Of a DNA stretch of 64,000 nucleotides, positions 8,649-17,269 are shown piece after piece. Numbering within the stretch: the first letter of the stretch is position 1; each line of letters begins with the position of its first letter. Source of the stretch: Dehalococcoidia bacterium (GTDB lineage Bacteria; Chloroflexota; Dehalococcoidia; UBA2979). The position numbers were made by a program, and so were the translations under genes. The stretch spans positions 1,051,430-1,115,429 of the forward strand of contig CBDFIB010000004.1 of NCBI GenBank assembly GCA_965247925.1, read 5' to 3'. The notes beneath the pieces are model-generated. The model was not told the DNA's origin, did no database searches, and worked only from the letters and a program-made list of their open reading frames with translations.

Positions 8649-9431
8649 TCAGCTCGTGTGCGCACCTCCGTTCGCGGACCTGGTGACGCGGAGGCGGAAG
8701 GACTGGGCGCCGGTCTCGATGATGTGGGCGCGGAACGTGAGGCGGTCGACGACGGCGGCGGCGAGCCGGGGGTCGGCGAAGGTCTGGCCCCACTCGGAGA
8801 ACGGTGCGTTGGAGGCGACGGCGACCGAGGCGCGCTCCTCACGCCCGGTCAGGATCTGGAAGAGCAGCTCGGCGCCGCGCGGGTCGAGATGCACGTAGTT
8901 CAGCTCGTCGAGGCAGAGCAGGTCGAACCGGCCGTAGCGGGCGACGAGGCGCGAGAGCACGCGCTCGTCGGCGGCCTCGGCCAGCTCGTTCACGAGCGCC
9001 GCCGGCGTGACGTAGCGCACGCGCAGCCCGCGCTGGCAGGCGGCGATGCCGAGGCCGATCAGCAGGTGGGACTTCCCGGTGCCGCTCTCGCCGAGCAGCA
9101 CGACGGGCTCGCCGGCGTCGATCCAGGCACCGCGCTCGAGTGCGGTGAGCAGCGCCGGGTCGACGGTCGGCGCCGCCTGGAGGTCGAAGCCGGCGAGGTA
9201 CTTGAGGCGGGGGAAGCGGGCCTCGTGGATGCGACGCTCGCGGCGGCGGGCGTCGCGGTCCTCGAGCTCGGCGGTGAGCACCTCGGCCAGGTAGGCGCGA
9301 TGGCTGAGCCGGTCGCGCAGCGCCGCCTCGGCGAGCGGGCCGGCCTGCTGGCGTACGGTCGGGAGGTGCAGCGCGCGAGTGGTCGCCTCGATCTGAAGCG
9401 ACGCCGCCTGCTCGGTCAGGGGGGCGCTCAT
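8649..9431 (-). CDS. istB: IS21 helper ATPase IstB
   Basis: 260-aa ORF with Walker A LLGESGTGKSH and CLDELNYV Walker B; 4-nt overlap with istA. Confidence 0.9.
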   Translation of the reverse strand: MSAPLTEQAASLQIEATTRALHLPTVRQQAGPLAEAALRDRLSHRAYLAEVLTAELEDRDARRRERRIHEARFPRLKYLAGFDLQAAPTVDPALLTALERGAWIDAGEPVVLLGESGTGKSHLLIGLGIAACQRGLRVRYVTPAALVNELAEAADERVLSRLVARYGRFDLLCLDELNYVHLDPRGAELLFQILTGREERASVAVASNAPFSEWGQTFADPRLAAAVVDRLTFRAHIIETGAQSFRLRVTRSANGGAHTS

Positions 9432-10994
9432 CGCACGCTCCCGGCGAGCAGTCCGTCGTAGCGGGCCAGGCTCGGCGCTGGGCAGTCGAAGCGCCGCAGC
9501 GCCGGCCGCTCCACGACGCCGGTCTCGCGGGGGCGGTCGGCGATGCGGCGCGCCTCGATGGCGACGAGCGAGGGGTCGACGGACCCGACCCGCGAGACCG
9601 CGTCGAGCGCGGCATGCACCGCGGTGAAGGGCAGGCGCCGGTGCAGCAGCAGCACCTCGCTCAGCGCACGCGTGCCCGCGGCGTCACCGAGTCTGCGGCG
9701 GGCGCGCTGCCAGAAGCGCTCGTGCGCGGCGGTGAAGCCACCGCCTGAGCGTGCCTGCGCGAGCGCGCTTGAGCCGGGCAGCGCCCCGGGCTTGCGCGCC
9801 AGCACCTCGAGGTAGTGGTCGAGCACGAGCACCTCGGCGCCCTTGCGTGCGCTGCGCTCGTGGCGGGCGACGACCGCACCACCCGAGGTGACGGTCACCG
9901 TCGCACCGCCCAGGCGCACCTCCACCGCCCGGCCCGCGCAGGACGCCGGTACCGAGTAGCGCGAGCCACGCACGGCGATGCGTGCCTTGCCGTCGACCTT
10001 CGCGCGCAGCGGGACCGTGGGGTCGAAGGGCTCGGCGGGGAGCGTCCGCAGCGAGGGTCGCTCGGCCTCCGCCATCTCGCCGACCGTGGCGAGTCTGGAG
10101 GAGATGTGCCGGTCATCGTCTGAGCGGTCGGCCGCCTCCAGCAGTGCGTTCAGCTCGGCCAGGCTGGCGACACGGGGGACCGGCACGAGGTGGCGCCGGC
10201 GGAAGCGGCCGACCTCGCCCTCCACACCGCCCTTCTCGTGGGCGCCCCCGGCGCCGGGCTCGCAGAAGAAGGCGTCGAAGCCGAAGTGCGAGCGCAGCGC
10301 GACGAAGCGGTCGCGCTCGGTGCGCTCACGCCCCACGAGCACCCGCGTCACGGCCGCCTTGAGGTTGTCGTAACGGATGCGCTGAGGCACCCCGCCGAGG
10401 CGCTCGAAGGCGAGCGTGTGTCCTTCGAGCGCCTCCTGGCCCTCGCCCGGGAAACAGATGTGGACCGCCCGCCCCGAGTGCGAGAGCCGCAGCACGAACA
10501 TCGACAGCTCGGTCAGCACTCCGTCCAGCCAGACGCTCACCCCGCCGAAGTCGACCTCCGCCTCCTCCCCGGGCGGGTGCAACTGGGGGATCGTCACGAC
10601 CGCGCGGCCGGACTCCAGCTCACGGCGCACGCGGCCGACGTAGGCGCGCACCGTCGATTCGGCGACGGTGGCGCCGCGCTCGTCCACGAGCCGCTGCCAG
10701 ATCCGCCGCGCCGTGTGGCGCTGCTTGCGCGGCCCGCTCAGGTCCTCCGTCAACCACTGGCGGATCTGAGCGCGGTGCGGACCGAGTTGCGGTGCACTCG
10801 CCGAGGTCGGCTTACTTACGCGGCGGCGGCAGCGCCGACCTGAGCGCCTGCCGCACAGTCCGCCGGTGCACGCGGTGACGGCGCGCCAGCCCGCGTATCG
10901 ACGCGCCCACCTCGCGTCTGTCTCTCCGGATATGCTCAAACAGCTCCACTCTCGACAACTCCTCTGCCTTCGCTACGGGGAAGTCTTGCTCCAC
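9428..10994 (-). pseudogene. istA: IS21 transposase IstA, frameshifted by a 4-bp tandem duplication
   Basis: HTH-containing 60-aa ORF (10812..10994) and the catalytic ORF (9428..10939) are one gene. Top strand CTTACTTA at 10811..10818 (TAAGTAAG in gene sense) creates the stop; removing one TAAG restores ...PPPRKPTSASAPQL... Confidence 0.85.
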
Positions 10995-11319
10995 CGAGCG
11001 TAGTCACTGGATCGGTCGGGGCTGGGGCCACTTTCGATCATCACTCGGCCCCGTACTGGGGCCATTTCAGACTGTCATACCCAGCATCATGAGTGGCTGT
11101 TACCGTACCTCCGATCAAGTGCATCACAACTCGGTTACCCAACCATGCGCTCCGATCACGCTGCGACCGGGCCGACTCGCGCTCGTAGCGCAGGGGGTCG
11201 CCGAGGTGGGCGAGGATTTGGGGACCGGTGACGGGGCGATGTCCTCGCGACGGCGTACGTGCGCGACGAGGTCTGAGGGCCGCTATCATGGTGGCCGGGC
11301 GCCGGAAGGGGAGCACGCC

Positions 11320-11706
11320 GTGACCACCACAGCCGCAGCCACCACCTTCGCCGACGCCCGCCAGATGCACGCGGCAGCCTTGGAGCGCCTCGACGCAGGC
11401 GACATCCGCGACGCCGCCGAGAAGGCCTGGGGCGCAACCCTGCGCGCCACGAACGCATTGATCCTCACCCGCACGGGCGTGGAGCCGGAGAAGTCCCCGG
11501 CTACGAGCGCCGGGCTGAACGCGCTGGCCTCCCAGGATCCAGCCGTGAGGACGCTGGTGGGCCGCTATTACTCGCGGCAGAGCCAGCTGCACGGCGAATG
11601 CTTCTATCTCGGGCTGTGCGATCCCGTGCCGGAGACGGAACGGCGCATCCGTGAAACCGCCGAGTACATCGACGACGCCGAAGTGCTCGCCAACTCCGAC
11701 CGCTGA
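11320..11706 (+). CDS. hypothetical protein, PaREP1/HEPN-like helical family (tentative)
   Basis: GTG at 11320 preceded by GGAAGGGGAG; pattern GDIRDAAEKAWGA...LHGECFY recalls PaREP1-type proteins. The upstream part of track ORF 11089..11706 looks non-coding. Confidence 0.45.
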   Translation: MTTTAAATTFADARQMHAAALERLDAGDIRDAAEKAWGATLRATNALILTRTGVEPEKSPATSAGLNALASQDPAVRTLVGRYYSRQSQLHGECFYLGLCDPVPETERRIRETAEYIDDAEVLANSDR

Positions 11707-12074
11707 CCCCGTACACGCGCGCCCAGGTCTGAGCGCTCTACCCCGCCGTGCGACGCTGGCGGGGTGTTCGAGGAAGCCTACTGCATCGCACGCGCCGCAA
11801 CCGATGCCGATCTTGGCGGCGATCGCTGGCTGTTGGCTGGGGGCGCCGGAGCGCGCAGGCTCCGGCCGCTCGCGGGGCTCCCGAACCCGCAGGCTCGGTT
11901 GCGGGCGAGAGAGTGGCCCGGCCACTGCGGGACCACCGCCCTATGCCGGACAGAGCAAGCGCTGCCGCCATCAACCGCGGGGCGCGGCTAGCCGTGCTCC
12001 CCGCCAGCTTATCCGCCCAAGGGCGGCCGAGCACCGGAAACTGGCATCCACCACCGCGGCGCGCTGATCAAGAT

Positions 12075-12317
12075 CCATCCGCACCAGTCGAAGGTGGCCT
12101 GCGCGGCCGGGTGCTCGAAGCGCAGCGTCAGCAGCCAGCGGCGGTGCCGCAGCGTCCAGTTCCGCCCGTCGTAGGCGATGCCGCGCCGCAGCAGCAGCTT
12201 CGCCAGGCGGTGGCGCGCCCGCGTGCGGTCGGTCACGGCGTCCTCGCGCGCCCGGCAGAGGTCGCGCACCGCCCCCTGATCGATGGTCGGAGGATGCACC
12301 GCCGTGAGCAGGTCCGC
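12075..12317 (-). pseudogene. IS110 family transposase internal fragment
   Basis: AVRDLCRAREDAVTDRTRARHRLAKLLLRRG...RHRRWLLTLRFEHPA matches the conserved middle of IS110 transposases; no N or C terminus. Confidence 0.6.
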
Positions 12318-12329
12318 GCCTGACGAGCA

Positions 12330-12445
12330 GTGTCCCCTCAAGCTTCGCGATCCGGACTTCCCACCTCGACGGTGACCTCGAAGAAGTCGACCTGCGCCTC
12401 CTCGCCCGGTCGGTGCACCGGCGGGACGTAGAGCTCGGCGCCGCA
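12330..12445 (-). pseudogene. IS21 IstA-like fragment
   Basis: Minus-strand translation ELYVPPVHRPGEEAQVDFFEVTV parallels IstA IPQLHPPGEEAEVDFGGVSV at 9428..10939. Confidence 0.45.
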
Positions 12446-12604
12446 CTAGCAGGGTGCTGAAAAAGTCGTCTGGAACGGTCTCGGCCCGGAATCGACTGCG
12501 TGCGACTACCGAGAAACCCTTTGTTTTCAAGGGTTTGTCCGAGCGTCGTAGTGCCGCGAAACGCTCCGTTTCCCGACTTCAGGGGTTTTTCATCACCCTG
12601 CTAG
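12446..12604. mobile_element. MITE A (159 bp) with IS5/IS1182-like terminal inverted repeats
   Basis: CTAGCAGGGTGCTGAAAAAG ... GGTTTTTCATCACCCTGCTAG; about 90 percent identical to MITE B; flanked by CTAG on both sides. Confidence 0.75.
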
Positions 12605-12683
12605 AAGCAGGCAGCATCCGTGACGCTCGCGCGGCGCCGGCCGGGGCCGTGCGTCAGGTACGCAGCCGCGAGGAGAAGGAGCG

Positions 12684-12890
12684 ATGCAGGCAGGCGAGCT
12701 GGTCACAGTCTACGAGGATCCCATCACGAGGAAGCGGCCCAATGGACGCGCGCGACTGGTAACGCGGCGGCCCAGGCAGGAAGTAATCGCCGGGTACACG
12801 CTGGAACGCTGGGACGTGAGGTTCGCGGGCGAACGGGACATCTATCAGCGCTGGATCTGGACCGCGCCGGGGACCGAGGGAGGGGACTGA
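12684..12890 (+). CDS. hypothetical 68-aa protein encoded in the repeat module (intact only in this copy)
   Basis: ATG preceded by GAGGAGAAGGAG; in copies 2 and 3 a +1 and a -8 indel truncate it to about 42 codons. Confidence 0.35.
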   Translation: MQAGELVTVYEDPITRKRPNGRARLVTRRPRQEVIAGYTLERWDVRFAGERDIYQRWIWTAPGTEGGD

Positions 12891-12893
12891 AGG

Positions 12894-13031
12894 TCAGTAG
12901 CGTCTCGTTCGCGCGAAGGCGACCCAATACAGCACGAACGCGCACGTGACGAGGAGGAGTGCCGCCCAGAGTGCGCCCACGACCAGCAGCAGCATGGCAG
13001 CGCCCACCCGAGGTGGTGCGACGATCGGCAT
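12894..13031 (-). CDS. 45-aa hydrophobic peptide (single predicted TM helix), module copy 1
   Basis: MPIVAPPRVGAAMLLLVVGALWAALLLVTCAFVLYWVAFARTRRY is identical in all three module copies (one synonymous difference seen); weak RBS. Confidence 0.4.
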   Translation of the reverse strand: MPIVAPPRVGAAMLLLVVGALWAALLLVTCAFVLYWVAFARTRRY

Positions 13032-13233
13032 CCCGTGGCAACCGTGCCGGTCATGGGCCGGAGGACCTACTGCCTCTGTATGGGCCTCAGTACAGGGACC
13101 GCAAGCCTGGAGGCGGGCAGACTCGTATCGCGCCTCACAGGCTCGCGCGCCAAGGACATAACCGCTATATGGCGATGGAAGCCGTGCACGCGGCGCTGGA
13201 AGCCGAGTGGCGTGAGTAATGTCGCTCGAAGCG

Positions 13234-13923
13234 CTATCCCAATCGCAGGCCGAGCACATCCAGAGCTGCGGAAACGCTGGGATCCTCTGGGTCAAACGGC
13301 TCGCCGTCGACCGGATGTATCGGTGCTGTCGCCCCAGGTGGAGGCTCAAAGATCGCCCAGTTCAGAGTCTCATCGTCAAGGCGGGAGTAGTAGCGGATAC
13401 CGGCGAATGGCGAGTCAGCGAGTGAACGACACTCATAAACGAGCCGAGAGATTGCTTGCGTGAACCCCCGCGGAGCGGCGAGGCGCACGACAGCGGCATC
13501 CACATCCGGTAGTCCGTAATGGATTGCTTGTGCGGCAAGGCGGGAGCGTAGCGTCGCGAGCGATGTGGCAGCGCCGATATCGGCGTACGAACCTGCGAGT
13601 TCGGCGATGCCGATGCGGCGCCCTCGAAACCACTCGCGGGGAACGACGCCGGCGCGCAGAGTATCACCCCCCGTGTCGACAACGGCGGCCACACGCGCAA
13701 CAGCCTCGAGGGCCGGGCGAAGAGGGGCGAGTGTTTCGAGAAGAGCGCCGAACCGCGTTGCGCTGGCGTATAGAACACGATACACGCCGCGAGGGTCGTC
13801 CCAACGATGCCCGAAGGTGCCGTCCGGATGCGCCCTGCTCCACTCGGGCCACGCCCAAGCAGGCGCCCGAGCTACCCGGTAGACGTATCCGGGGGGAGCG
13901 GCAGTCGCGAGATCGCAACTCAC
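13234..13923 (-). CDS. RES domain toxin (MbcT/ParT-like)
   Basis: GHRWDDP, YRVLYAS, LLE, IRYYSR motifs in RES order; 4-nt overlap with the upstream antitoxin gene. Confidence 0.8.
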   Translation of the reverse strand: MSCDLATAAPPGYVYRVARAPAWAWPEWSRAHPDGTFGHRWDDPRGVYRVLYASATRFGALLETLAPLRPALEAVARVAAVVDTGGDTLRAGVVPREWFRGRRIGIAELAGSYADIGAATSLATLRSRLAAQAIHYGLPDVDAAVVRLAAPRGFTQAISRLVYECRSLADSPFAGIRYYSRLDDETLNWAIFEPPPGATAPIHPVDGEPFDPEDPSVSAALDVLGLRLG

Positions 13924-14312
13924 CCAGCGTCCACGAATGCCCGCGCGGCACCGATCACCGCTGGTCCTACCTCGTCGAGATCGCCGTCGCGCAACAGAAG
14001 CAGGGGTGAACGATCGTCGAGTTGGGGGTTCATACCCTGAAACCAGGCCTGAGCGACGGCGGCCGAGTCGGCCGCCGCGATCGCCGCGGCCGCCTGCAGG
14101 GCGACACGCAGGCGCTGCTGGACGGCGGTGCTAGGAGTGCGCGAGCCAGCCGCCCATTGCGCAATCGCCCGGGTCTCCCGCACCGATCCGAGCGCGGCGC
14201 ACACCCTGGCCCCGAGCAGCTCGCGCAGTTCCGTCACGATGACAGGGAACTCGGAACGCACCGCTCGCGCGTGCGCTGCGTACTCCGGTCGAGTCGTAGG
14301 AGTTGTTGTCAT
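13920..14312 (-). CDS. Xre-like antitoxin with DUF2384/MbcA-type toxin-binding domain
   Basis: C-terminal WFQGMNPQLDDRSPLLLLRDGD motif typical of RES partners; operon position. Confidence 0.75.
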   Translation of the reverse strand: MTTTPTTRPEYAAHARAVRSEFPVIVTELRELLGARVCAALGSVRETRAIAQWAAGSRTPSTAVQQRLRVALQAAAAIAAADSAAVAQAWFQGMNPQLDDRSPLLLLRDGDLDEVGPAVIGAARAFVDAG

Positions 14313-14518
14313 GGGCGGACCTCCAATGCATCAAGGATACCACCTGCAATCCCGGCTGGTATCACGGCACCCATGGCACAGCACCGCTCGCCGAGGGCGG
14401 CCCCACCGACTCCTCGTGCCTCCAGCCCAGCTCGCGTGCCAAGACCCGTATCGCACATCGCCTCGTGAAGCTGGATTACCCCGCAATCGGGACAGCGCTC
14501 TTGGCAGTATCGAGCCAC
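14309..14518 (-). CDS. hypothetical 69-aa Cys-containing protein, translationally coupled to the Xre antitoxin
   Basis: ATGA stop/start overlap at 14309..14312; N-terminal CQERCPDCG. No family recognised. Confidence 0.3.
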   Translation of the reverse strand: MARYCQERCPDCGVIQLHEAMCDTGLGTRAGLEARGVGGAALGERCCAMGAVIPAGIAGGILDALEVRP

Positions 14519-15143
14519 GGAGGCGCTGCGCGCTCAAGATAGACCTTCTGCGCAGACATAACTATAATTAGGGCGAAGCGGCGAGAGCGGGGACCATTTG
14601 CGCCCTCGCGGCTAGGACGCAGCGGCGTCTCCCCCGTTCGCGCGGCTGCAGTCGCGTAGACGCCGCGCAGCTCCCGGGCTCGTGCAGCGCGAACCTCGGG
14701 GGCCGTTCGGGCCGGTTCGGTGGCGGATCGCTGCGGGCGGGAGCAGTTGATCACAGGTCGAAGTGCTGGGCGCGCGCGCACCGCGGCGAGGCGGAGTCAT
14801 GGCGCCGCGCTGGGAGGCGACTCAGCGGAGCCGCAGGGCGAGCCCCCGGCTCGCCCTGCCCTACCCTACCCGGCTGCAGTGCAGTGTTATGTGCATTAGG
14901 CGCGGCGCACCCCGCGAAGCTGACTACGGCGCAGCTGGCGCTGCGGCGGGCCAGCACCTCGACGCCCCCTCCTTTACGAAACCACCGTAGGCGCGCCGAG
15001 CGCGCCTACTCTTATCGTAATCTCGCCGAAACCGCCTAACGTAGAAGCGCCACTCCTGGCTCTCGCCCGGCTCATCAGACACTGATGGCGTCCTTCTCCA
15101 CGTAGCCGCGAATCTCCTCCCGGATCTCATCGATCATCGCGAA

Positions 15144-15321
15144 GTTCACGAGACCTGCGCCTACCCGCTGACCGCGAGCGCCTGCGTGGACCTGGTGGTG
15201 ACGGACCTGGCGGTGATCGATGTCGTCGCGGGCGACTTGCTGCTGAGCGAGGTCGCGCCCGGGGTCACACCGGAGCAGGTGCAGGCGGCCACGGACGCCC
15301 CCCCTCACGTACTCCCCGGAC
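15144..15321 (+). pseudogene. 3-oxoacid CoA-transferase subunit B C-terminal fragment
   Basis: ETCAYPLTASACVDLVVTDLAVIDVVAGDLLLSEVAPGVTPEQVQAAT resembles the ScoB C terminus; no N-terminal part; cut by the IS21 stub/intron. Confidence 0.55.
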
Positions 15322-15343
15322 TGGGAATGACAACCCGATCTGG
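15322..15343. repeat. 22-nt stub identical to the outer end of IS21 copy 1
   Basis: TGGGAATGACAACCCGATCTGG equals 5487..5508. Confidence 0.7.
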
Positions 15344-17256
15344 GAGCGCCAAGCTAACTGGTGTTTGGGGAGGAGGTGGAAGTCCTCTGCGGCAAAGGAA
15401 CAAGCCATTCCATGCCGCTCCGCGAGCCGTGCGCGGGTCACCGCGAGGTGGCCCGTGAAGCGTCGGTAGCGGGGTATGCGGGCAGAGCTATTGAGCATCG
15501 GACAATCCGGAGTGCCGAGACCCTCTAGTTGGTTGAAGGCAGCACCGGCCACGGCGTGATGGGCGAGACGTGGCCGGGCTCCGCGGTGTCGAAGAACTCA
15601 TGCACGCATGCACGTCCAACACCGGGACTTGGGAGGGCTGCGCGCCGTCCCGGCGGGTCGTACGCCGGGACCGCATCGGGAAGGGAAGCAACCGGAGCCG
15701 ATGATGCACGACGCGCAGCAGTCTGACGCGGGCGTAGTAGCGATGAAGGCGGCGAACAAGGGGGAGCAATTCCCGGCGGAGCCGCTGGAGCGAAGGGCCG
15801 CGGCCGAGAGGAATCCGCGAAGCACCGGCACGGTCCGGACGCAGAGTCGGGGTGCGGTGTCACCTGGAGCGGAGCGGATACGGCAGTTTGCAAAGGAGAA
15901 TCCGGGGGAGAGGCTCACCGCGCTTCTGCACCACATCACGCCGGAGGCGCTCCGGGATGCGTATCTCGCGCTCAAGCGGGACGCAGCCCCGGGCGTGGAC
16001 GGGATGACATGGCGCGAGTACGGGGACGGGCTGGACGAGCGATTGCTCGACCTGCACGGCCGCGTACACCGTGGAGCGTACCGGGCGACTCCCGTGCGGC
16101 GGGTGGAGATCCCGAAGCCGGACGGGGGCGTGCGACCGCTGGGTATTGCGTCGCTGGAGGACAAGATCGTCCAGCGGGCGGTGGTGGAGCAGATCCTGAA
16201 CCCGATCTACGAATCGGAGTTCTACGGATTCAACTACGGGTTCAGGCCGGGGCGCTCGGCGCACGATGCGCTGGACGCGCTGGCCTACGCGGTGGATCGG
16301 CGCAAGGTCAACTGGATAGTGGAGGTGGACATCCGCCAGTACTTCGACAGCATCGACCGGGAGCAGCTGATGCAGCTCCTGGAGATGCGCATCGGGGACC
16401 AGCGGGTACTGCGTCTCATCCGGAAGTGGCTGAACGCCGGCGTCATCGACGCGGGGCTGGAGGTCGACGTGGTGCGGGGGACGCCGCAGGGGGCGGTGAT
16501 ATCGCCGCTGCTGGCGAACGTGTACCTGCACCACGTGCTGGACCGTTGGTTCGCGCGGGAATGGCGGCCGCGGGAGGTCCGGGGCGAGGCGTATCTCGTG
16601 AGGTACGCCGATGATTTCGTCCTGGGGTTTGAGCGCCGCAGCGATGCGGAGCGATTCATGGAGGCGGTCGGGGAGCGGTTCGCTACGTACGGACTGGAAG
16701 TGCACCCGGAGAAGACGCGCCTGTTGGAGTTCGGCAGGTTCGCGAGAGCGGACCGTGCGAAGCGCGGGGAAGGACGACCGGAGACGTTCGACTTTCTCGG
16801 GTTCACGCATTACTGCCGGACTCAGCGGAACGGGCGTTTCGGGCTGGGGCGCAAGCCGGTGGCGAAGCGAATGCGCCGCACACTGCAGGCCATCAAGGCC
16901 GAGTTGCGGAAACGCATGCACGCGAACCCGAAGGTGACGGGTCGGTGGCTCGGGCGGGTGCTGCGCGGGTGGCTTGGCTACTACGCGGTGCCGACGAGCG
17001 CTCCGTCGCTGTCGCGGTTCGTCTGGTTCCTGAGGCGGCTGTGGCTGCGCGTCCTCCACCGGAGGTCGCAGCGGGGCTACTTCACCTGGGAGCGCCTGAA
17101 CGCACTGTGCCGGGAACTCTGGCCCCGCGTCACTATCCTCCATCCGTGGCCGTCGGAGCGATTTGCCGTCAGGACTCAAGGCGGGAGCCGTATGCGTTAA
17201 CGCGCTCGTACGGATCCGTGCGGGGGGCGCCGGGCAACCGGCGCTCCTACCGCGAG
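15344..17256 (+). mobile_element. Group II intron copy 2 (uninterrupted, about 1.9 kb)
   Basis: Collinear with copy 1; RT ORF; domain V/VI-like 3' end. 3' flank CCCCACCCCG again matches IS21 end sequence (40536..40545 reverse complement). Confidence 0.85.
15701..17200 (+). CDS. group II intron reverse transcriptase/maturase (copy 2)
   Basis: Same ORF as 7074..8573 with one aa difference. Confidence 0.85.
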   Translation: MMHDAQQSDAGVVAMKAANKGEQFPAEPLERRAAAERNPRSTGTVRTQSRGAVSPGAERIRQFAKENPGERLTALLHHITPEALRDAYLALKRDAAPGVDGMTWREYGDGLDERLLDLHGRVHRGAYRATPVRRVEIPKPDGGVRPLGIASLEDKIVQRAVVEQILNPIYESEFYGFNYGFRPGRSAHDALDALAYAVDRRKVNWIVEVDIRQYFDSIDREQLMQLLEMRIGDQRVLRLIRKWLNAGVIDAGLEVDVVRGTPQGAVISPLLANVYLHHVLDRWFAREWRPREVRGEAYLVRYADDFVLGFERRSDAERFMEAVGERFATYGLEVHPEKTRLLEFGRFARADRAKRGEGRPETFDFLGFTHYCRTQRNGRFGLGRKPVAKRMRRTLQAIKAELRKRMHANPKVTGRWLGRVLRGWLGYYAVPTSAPSLSRFVWFLRRLWLRVLHRRSQRGYFTWERLNALCRELWPRVTILHPWPSERFAVRTQGGSRMR

Positions 17257-17269
17257 CCCCACCCCGGGC

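Larger units (their letters stand above)
5487..11083 (-). mobile_element. IS21 family insertion sequence (copy 1) carrying a nested group II intron and IS5
   Basis: Termini TGGGAATGACA... (5487) and ...TGTCATACCCA (11083) with repeated ATGGCCCCA-type subterminal repeats; 6-bp direct repeat GCATCA at 5481..5486 and 11084..11089; contains istA/istB. Confidence 0.85.
12601..13138 (+). repeat. Three-copy module, copy 1 (538 bp, shortest copy)
   Basis: Near-identical, inverted, to 35123..35660 and 54862..55399; starts at CTAG shared with the MITE A end. Confidence 0.85.

Noticed and set aside
14987-15009. Perfect 9-bp hairpin GTAGGCGCG-CCGAG-CGCGCCTAC as a rho-independent terminator
   Set aside because: There is no convincing U-tract on either strand, and it lies among gene fragments. 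It may be a leftover terminator or a REP-like hairpin; the evidence is too weak to annotate.
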